IMG/VR virus record: IMGVR_UViG_3300042549_007551
Span: 1-64,000 of that record
DNA length: 64,000 nucleotides
Reading direction: 5' to 3' (one strand)
Source: a virus
Shown here: positions 58,644 through 64,000 of the stretch, one piece after another
Position numbering within the stretch: position 1 is the stretch's first letter
How the letters are laid out: each line of letters begins with the position of its first letter
Notes under the pieces: model-generated
What the model was told of the DNA's origin: nothing
The model's database searches: none
What the model saw: the letters and a program-made list of their open reading frames with translations, nothing else
Position numbers and translations under genes: made by a program

Positions 58644-58652
58644 ATTATAGCA
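58644..58652 (-). promoter_or_regulatory. Extended -10 promoter (TGCTATAAT) for the tail operon
   Basis: Perfect TGnTATAAT upstream of a GAGGA RBS. Confidence 0.6.
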
Positions 58653-58682
58653 CAAAAGTTTTTAAACAATAGTTCAATTAAT

Positions 58683-58705
58683 AAAAACACACCCGAAGGT
58701 GTGTC
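58683..58705 (-). terminator. Intrinsic terminator after the scaffold gene
   Basis: GACACACC-TTCG-GGTGTGTT followed by T-run. Confidence 0.8.
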
Positions 58706-58712
58706 TTTAGTT

Positions 58713-59630
58713 TTACTTCTTACGATTAGCAGCTTGTGTTAGCAAATCGTTTAATGAAACTCCGTTAGCATTAACAGGTTTTGGTTGAGCTGATTGTGCT
58801 GGGTTTGCAACAGGAACTTTAGTTTGACGCAGTCTTTCTTCTTCCCACTTACCTTTAGCTTGGTTAACCGCTGTATCAATTTGTTGTTTTAACAACTTAT
58901 CACGATAAACTAAGATATAAAGATCTTGTAAGTCTCCGCCTTGTGCTAACCATTGATACGGGTTTTTCTTTACAGACATTGCGTCTTTAAAGAAATTGTT
59001 TACTTCTGCTGTCTTAACACCCATGTTTTGTTGTAAGTTAGTTAGCGCCCGGTCCATACTAATTTGAAGTCTTTGCTTTTGAATTTCAACCTTATCTCGT
59101 TCAATACGATCAATTTCTGATTGTACTTCAGGAGTAATACCTTTAGCTTCAGCTTTTACTTTAGTATCAGAAGTATTCATTGCTGTAGCTAAAGCATCAT
59201 AATCCATCCTACCTTCTTTCATAAACTCTTTCAGTTTAAATTCGTAGGACCCATTAGTATAACGTTGTACTAATCCTTCAATTTTTTCTTTAGCAGTTTT
59301 TTCAGCACTATACTTATCACGGATTTCTTTAATTGGATTACTTTCTTTAATCGGATTACCTTTAGCGTCTTTCTTTTCTTCAGGCTTTCCTTCTGTAGGT
59401 TTAACTTCACCAGGTTTAGCTTCTACTTTTGGTTGTTCTGTTGGAGTAGTTACAGCAGTTTCTGCTTGTTTAACTTGAGCTAACTTAGCTTCTACTAGTT
59501 GTTCTTCAGCAGGTTTAACTGCAGATTGAGTTTCAACTGGTTTAACATCTGTAGGCGCTTCCGTTTTCGGTTCATTACCTGCTGCTTGACTTAACGCTTC
59601 TTGTAAACTAATTTTGTTTTGGTCTGCCAT
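58713..59630 (-). CDS. Putative capsid scaffolding protein
   Basis: Low-complexity E/K/P/T N-terminus, helical core, downstream of the portal. Confidence 0.65.
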   Translation of the reverse strand: MADQNKISLQEALSQAAGNEPKTEAPTDVKPVETQSAVKPAEEQLVEAKLAQVKQAETAVTTPTEQPKVEAKPGEVKPTEGKPEEKKDAKGNPIKESNPIKEIRDKYSAEKTAKEKIEGLVQRYTNGSYEFKLKEFMKEGRMDYDALATAMNTSDTKVKAEAKGITPEVQSEIDRIERDKVEIQKQRLQISMDRALTNLQQNMGVKTAEVNNFFKDAMSVKKNPYQWLAQGGDLQDLYILVYRDKLLKQQIDTAVNQAKGKWEEERLRQTKVPVANPAQSAQPKPVNANGVSLNDLLTQAANRKK

Positions 59631-59632
59631 AA

Positions 59633-59791
59633 TTACTTCTTACCTTCTTTCTTAACAAGTTCTTGTTCTTGTTTATTAATTTCGCCAACAATGCTTTCGA
59701 TAAACTTAACGACTTGATCGTATGGTAATCTAGACAAAGCACTTAAGATAATTTTAACTTCTTCGATCGTAAACTCTAATTTGTATTTCAT
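59633..59791 (-). CDS. Small phage protein (52 aa, MKYKLEFTIEEVKIILSALSRLPYDQV...)
   Basis: Read manually; AGGAGG RBS. Confidence 0.7.
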   Translation of the reverse strand: MKYKLEFTIEEVKIILSALSRLPYDQVVKFIESIVGEINKQEQELVKKEGKK

Positions 59792-59792
59792 T

Positions 59793-60146
59793 TTATTTAC
59801 CTCCTTTATATGTTTTTAGTAATTCAATGAATACTTTTGTTTTAATAATCGACTTGTCAATTTCGTCTTGAACATACTTTTCAATTTGACTGCTACCTGC
59901 AATAACTTGATTTTGACTTATAATCTTTTCAATCTCTTTAATCGTAGATAAATTGACATCAATGTTAGACATATCAAGTTTATCTGGTTTAGGTATATGA
60001 ATGTCTGGTACTTTTTTACCTAAAGATACTTTAGATATATAAGACGCTGACACTCCATACTTTACTGCAACATCTTTGTTTAGCATTCCTAATCCCACGT
60101 CAGCTAAGATTTGCATATCAATCTCAGCGCTAATTCGCTTTGGCAT
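59793..60146 (-). CDS. Helix-turn-helix DNA-binding protein
   Basis: LNKDVAVKYGVSASYISKV HTH. Confidence 0.7.
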   Translation of the reverse strand: MPKRISAEIDMQILADVGLGMLNKDVAVKYGVSASYISKVSLGKKVPDIHIPKPDKLDMSNIDVNLSTIKEIEKIISQNQVIAGSSQIEKYVQDEIDKSIIKTKVFIELLKTYKGGK

Positions 60147-61365
60147 TGGCCACCTCCTTTAACTCTTTAGGGATTTCTTTCTTGTTATCCGCTAAATATA
60201 ACAACCCAATTGAGCGTCGACTAATTAGGTTATTAACAAGTTGGTTGTCCATAAATACGTTACTGTAATCAATTGCTAGTGGTATTTGTAATAGTAGCGG
60301 TGCAATCTTTGACATAGCATTAATTACAATCCAGAAAGGATCTTGTTGATAAGAAGACACAGCAGTAACTGTAATTAAGATAGCAAACAAGAATGTATTA
60401 ATTAAAGCCCACAAAACTTTTGCACCAGCATCTTTAACGATTCTACGTTCGTTACTATTAATTAATGAATAACTATCAACACTAAGGCCTTCATTATCAC
60501 TGCCGTTATAAACAAACATCGGACTAATGTATTTAAAATGTTTGACACGCCCATCAACAACGTACTCTTGTATGTAACTTTCATCTAACAATTGTAGTAA
60601 ACGTTCTTTCTTTTTAAGATACTTTTTTTCTCTACGATTAAGTTTACCCAAGCTTTTTAAAATATCTTTACCATCTTCTTTTCTACGTAAAGATTCAAAG
60701 TATAGTTTAGTTTTTTTACGGTCTTCATAATTTGTTTTTTGTTCTAACAAGTCGATATCGTATTTAACATTTGTTTTATGTTGTTGGATTTTACGGTGGT
60801 AATTAAACACGTCATGCAACCAAGGTTGAAACGTAACAGGGTCTAAATGTTTTTCTGTCATGTCTTCGACTTGATTAGATAAGTCTACATACCGTTTGTA
60901 TCTTTCTTTAGCAACCGTAACTAAATAATTAAACAAACTATAAAACAATATAATAGCTGAGCCTAACGAAATAATCGTTGAGACGTACCAAAATGGATAT
61001 TCAAAAAAGAACTTTGTGTAAACTTGAACTTCAAAATTTTCTGGTACTTGAACTTCAAAAAAGTTTGTACCTGGATTTTCTATAACATACGTACTCTTAT
61101 AAAGAGCAATCGCTTGTTGCGAGTACCAAGTGATACGGTAGTTGCTGTTTTCAACTTTCATCGCAAGGTATTCAGTATACGTCGTGTCAACGGCACCGAC
61201 TGTGTACTGAGCTTGTCCTTCAATGATTGGCAACACACCGTTGATGCCTAAAACAACCATTAATGAAACCAGCAAGAAAATAACACTACGTGATTTTTTA
61301 TTTGTGATCAACGTAGTTGCTTTATCAAACGCTGCTTCAACTTTGGTTTGTCTAAGTTCAGCCAT
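60130..61365 (-). CDS. Multi-pass membrane protein (411 aa)
   Basis: About four TM segments flanking a charged cytoplasmic loop. Confidence 0.7.
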   Translation of the reverse strand: MAELRQTKVEAAFDKATTLITNKKSRSVIFLLVSLMVVLGINGVLPIIEGQAQYTVGAVDTTYTEYLAMKVENSNYRITWYSQQAIALYKSTYVIENPGTNFFEVQVPENFEVQVYTKFFFEYPFWYVSTIISLGSAIILFYSLFNYLVTVAKERYKRYVDLSNQVEDMTEKHLDPVTFQPWLHDVFNYHRKIQQHKTNVKYDIDLLEQKTNYEDRKKTKLYFESLRRKEDGKDILKSLGKLNRREKKYLKKKERLLQLLDESYIQEYVVDGRVKHFKYISPMFVYNGSDNEGLSVDSYSLINSNERRIVKDAGAKVLWALINTFLFAILITVTAVSSYQQDPFWIVINAMSKIAPLLLQIPLAIDYSNVFMDNQLVNNLISRRSIGLLYLADNKKEIPKELKEVANAKAN

Positions 61366-61366
61366 A

Positions 61367-61597
61367 TTAAATTCCTGTCAAACTATTAATAGTTGTTTTA
61401 ATTAATTGGAATTGTTCATCACGTTCTTTTTCTTCTGTATAAGTTGCACTAATTGGTTCTCTTACATCTGCTAACCAAATAGTTAATGCGTACATTTCTA
61501 GTGTTTGCATAGTTTGTGGGATTGTAACTTTACCATAAGCTACAATAGAACGAGCATCAATAGTTACATCTTTTAATTCAACAAATTTAGTTTCCAT
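61367..61597 (-). CDS. Hypothetical protein
   Basis: ORF with GGAGG RBS. Confidence 0.7.
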   Translation of the reverse strand: METKFVELKDVTIDARSIVAYGKVTIPQTMQTLEMYALTIWLADVREPISATYTEEKERDEQFQLIKTTINSLTGI

Positions 61598-61608
61598 ATT
61601 TTTTCCTC

Positions 61609-62046
61609 CTAAATGTGGATAACGTATTTAACTTTATCTTTTAAACGGTTTACTTCTTTTGCATTAACAATTTTTTCTAAACCTTTTGCGTATCTTTTGT
61701 TATCTACATGCAACACGGCGTGTATTGGACGCATATACATTTTTAAATAATTAAACATTTCTAATAGTAATGTTAATCCACCTGCTCGATACTCTGGCAT
61801 AATGTATGTTTCTGTTACAAATAAATAACTGTCATTACTTAAATCTAACGAAACAAACCCTATAGTAATGCCTTCTGGATTAACTAACATTAAACATTCG
61901 CCTTTAATTAATTTATAATGAAGCGTTGTTATCTTTATAAAAAAGTGTTCGTTATCAAAGAAAAGAAATTTTTTGTCTTGTTCAGACATCTTATTAAACA
62001 TTTCTATAACTTTATATAAGTCTGGATGTGAACTGTAGTGTATCAT
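61609..62046 (-). CDS. GNAT-family acetyltransferase-like protein
   Basis: IGFV..LFVTETYIMPEYRAGG acetyl-CoA-binding-like motif. ATG 62046 overlaps the upstream stop (ORF track starts at 62064). Confidence 0.55.
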   Translation of the reverse strand: MIHYSSHPDLYKVIEMFNKMSEQDKKFLFFDNEHFFIKITTLHYKLIKGECLMLVNPEGITIGFVSLDLSNDSYLFVTETYIMPEYRAGGLTLLLEMFNYLKMYMRPIHAVLHVDNKRYAKGLEKIVNAKEVNRLKDKVKYVIHI

Positions 62047-62348
62047 CCGATGCTTGGGTCCCATCCACCATCATTATCCTCATAAGGATTTTGTGGTTCA
62101 TTAGTTATATCTTCGTAATCAGGTTCATCAATGTCAGGGATTGGTACATCTATATACGTTTCAGTATCAATAACACTCATTGTATGTATATCACCATCAT
62201 TGTCTTGGTTTTTTAAAGTCGTTACAATTTTACTATGTTGACAATTTTTACAAAAATAAATATCAATTAAACGATTTAGCCCTTGAATCTTACTAGACAA
62301 TAATGTTAATCGTGTGCTTTCACACTTGTCACATTTTAGTTCCGTCAT
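62043..62348 (-). CDS. Zinc-ribbon protein with acidic tail
   Basis: CDKC...CKNC. Confidence 0.65.
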   Translation of the reverse strand: MTELKCDKCESTRLTLLSSKIQGLNRLIDIYFCKNCQHSKIVTTLKNQDNDGDIHTMSVIDTETYIDVPIPDIDEPDYEDITNEPQNPYEDNDGGWDPSIG

Positions 62349-62817
62349 TCTTTACTGGTTCCTCCTCTTTAACTTCTTTAGCTAAGTCTTGAATAAATCG
62401 TTTATGATCAGCTGCTTCTTCAGGAGTCATCTCCATAACAGTTGTTTGTTGATGAGTAATTGATTCTGAAATAAATTGAACATCAGGAAACAATTCTTTT
62501 AATGTATTATTAAAAACTTTAGCAACAGTATCATGAATTGCTTTACGCGTTTGGTATAAAGCATTATCTTTATCTGCGTCTTTAAAAATATAAGCTTTAG
62601 CTTCAAGTTCACTTTTACTAGCAGGACGCATTACAGGTAAGTCAGCCAACACTGCAACTAAACCTAAACGAATACTACTTAGAATCGCACTAAGGTATGG
62701 TTTAATATCAGTCGCTATACCACGTTTTAATTTAGGTACAATACGCGCTTCAATGGTTCCTGCAACAGGATCTGCTACAAAACTAAACTTGATAACTGCT
62801 TTGTCATTCTTTGGCAC
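62329..62817 (-). CDS. Hypothetical protein
   Basis: GTG start after AAGGAGG. Confidence 0.75.
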   Translation of the reverse strand: MPKNDKAVIKFSFVADPVAGTIEARIVPKLKRGIATDIKPYLSAILSSIRLGLVAVLADLPVMRPASKSELEAKAYIFKDADKDNALYQTRKAIHDTVAKVFNNTLKELFPDVQFISESITHQQTTVMEMTPEEAADHKRFIQDLAKEVKEEEPVKNDGTKM

Positions 62818-62858
62818 AAGTATGCCTCCTTGTTTTCTATGAGTATATCATAACATAT

Positions 62859-62888
62859 AAAAAACACAAGATGTGTATATCTTGTGTT
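62859..62888 (-). terminator. Intrinsic terminator after the portal gene, abutting a TGATATACT extended -10 (62842-62850)
   Basis: AACACAAGAT-atacac-ATCTTGTGTT followed by T-run. Confidence 0.75.
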
Positions 62889-62911
62889 CTTTGTGTAATA
62901 TTTACAATTGT

Positions 62912-64000
62912 CTACTTAAAGCCTTGACCTAAGCTTGGGTCTTGTTGCATTGCATTCTTTTCTTCGATTAAGATTGTAATTGCTTGTTGAGCAGCTTGTT
63001 CTTCAGATAATCCTTGCGATAGTAACCGACTAAAGATTGAAGCAAAGTTAGTAAGGTCAGCCACCAATGTTTCAGCTGTACCATCTTGCTCATTTTTTTC
63101 AAGTCTTTGTAAGAATAAATCTTTTTGTGGAAAGTCTGAGTACTTAATAAGATCTTGTGGTGTAATAATCTGTGGTTTAATTTGATACTGTGCTTGCATT
63201 TCATATAGTGCTTTAGCAGAATCAAACAAGTTTGCTTGGTTCATTGGCAATAATGTAGAAGCCGCAATATTATAATCAAACTTCATACCACGTTCTCTTA
63301 ATTGATCAAACTGAATCTTACGTTGCTCAACAATTTTATTAGTACCTGTGGCAGATAGCTTTGGAACAACATAAGTTTTATCACCGCCGTAAGCAAAATA
63401 GTATTCTAACACAAGTTTAGTTAAGTCTTCACAAAATTCTTCAAGTAAAGTAATACGTGAGTTATCAGTAAGCATCGTTACCCGTGCTTGGAATGCTTGC
63501 GTCGCTCCAGTGGTTTGAATACTATTTGTCATACGACCTTTATAATATGGATCAACACCCGTTACTTGAAAGATAGATTGTTCTAAACGTTGTTTAATAT
63601 TACCTAAGTCAGGAATAACTGGGACATCTGTGTAATAAACAATATTACGTGGGTCACCTTTGGTTTCAAACGAAGCTCCAGGAGTGTTGCCATAGTCAGC
63701 AAACGATCTCATGTTAATACGCCCATCAGTATTTACAAAGCGTACGCGATTAAGTACGCGGTATGGTTGGGTTGCTTCCATTGAATCTAACATATTTAAA
63801 GCAATAACTGTATTTAAAATTTTAGTTAACTTAGAGTTTCCATATGGATTACCATCTGGTCTTTGTGGCGTATAGCATACAACAGGAAACCGTTTAAGTG
63901 GTATGTTTAAGTTTTCATAAATAATAGTAGTTTCATCGATAATAAAGATTTGATCAATGTTACCTTTGTCATTTCTAATAAAACATTCAATTAAAGAAAC
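62912..64000 (-). CDS. Portal protein, P22/podovirus-like (5' end lies outside the window)
   Basis: Frame is open from position 64000 (..FPVVCYTPQRPDGNPYGNS..); TGVDPYYKG..QTTGAT motif; upstream of scaffold and adaptor genes. Confidence 0.75.
   Translation of the reverse strand, partial: VSLIECFIRNDKGNIDQIFIIDETTIIYENLNIPLKRFPVVCYTPQRPDGNPYGNSKLTKILNTVIALNMLDSMEATQPYRVLNRVRFVNTDGRINMRSFADYGNTPGASFETKGDPRNIVYYTDVPVIPDLGNIKQRLEQSIFQVTGVDPYYKGRMTNSIQTTGATQAFQARVTMLTDNSRITLLEEFCEDLTKLVLEYYFAYGGDKTYVVPKLSATGTNKIVEQRKIQFDQLRERGMKFDYNIAASTLLPMNQANLFDSAKALYEMQAQYQIKPQIITPQDLIKYSDFPQKDLFLQRLEKNEQDGTAETLVADLTNFASIFSRLLSQGLSEEQAAQQAITILIEEKNAMQQDPSLGQGFK

Noticed and set aside
1-64000. Alternative genetic code (UGA=Trp or UAG recoding)
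   Set aside because: Genes are full-length in code 11, and TGA, TAG and TAA all end genes at sensible boundaries.

Overview
The window is most of a low-GC, probably lytic, podovirus-like dsDNA phage genome in two convergent arms that meet at about 13.9 kb. The left arm (+, 0.3-13.7 kb) holds small early genes, a degenerate DprA, a MoxR-type AAA ATPase with a metallopeptidase-vWA partner, and a replication and recombination block (primase, SSB-like protein, SNF2 helicase, family A DNA polymerase, PD-(D/E)XK exonuclease, AAA_24 ATPase). The right arm (-, 13.9-64 kb) is the virion block: a partial P22-like portal, a scaffold, a head-tail adaptor carrying BspA-type LRRs, a tail nozzle carrying lamin-tail and RCC1 domains, an ejection/pilot protein, membrane proteins, two tail fibres, small basic proteins, an N4-gp56-like major capsid protein and an 8,038-aa giant protein. 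Two features stand out. (1) The giant protein contains, in order, the catalytic motifs of both the beta and beta-prime halves of a two-barrel RNA polymerase (FED; K..GFKG; DIVAN; H..K; RWP; DNDGD), plus a DEDD-exonuclease-like domain and a membrane-insertion-like N-terminus. This suggests a single-chain injected virion RNAP in a phage that is not crAss-like. (2) A 79-nt RNA looks like the tRNA-like domain of tmRNA (G3.U70, A73, CCA, no D-stem) with no mRNA domain, clamped by a 15-bp inverted repeat. The DprA style and the RCC1/LTD/LRR domains suggest a Bacilli or Mollicutes-like host using genetic code 11 (inference). No integrase, endolysin, terminase or CRISPR array was seen in the window. 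All family assignments come from motif recognition by eye, not database searches.
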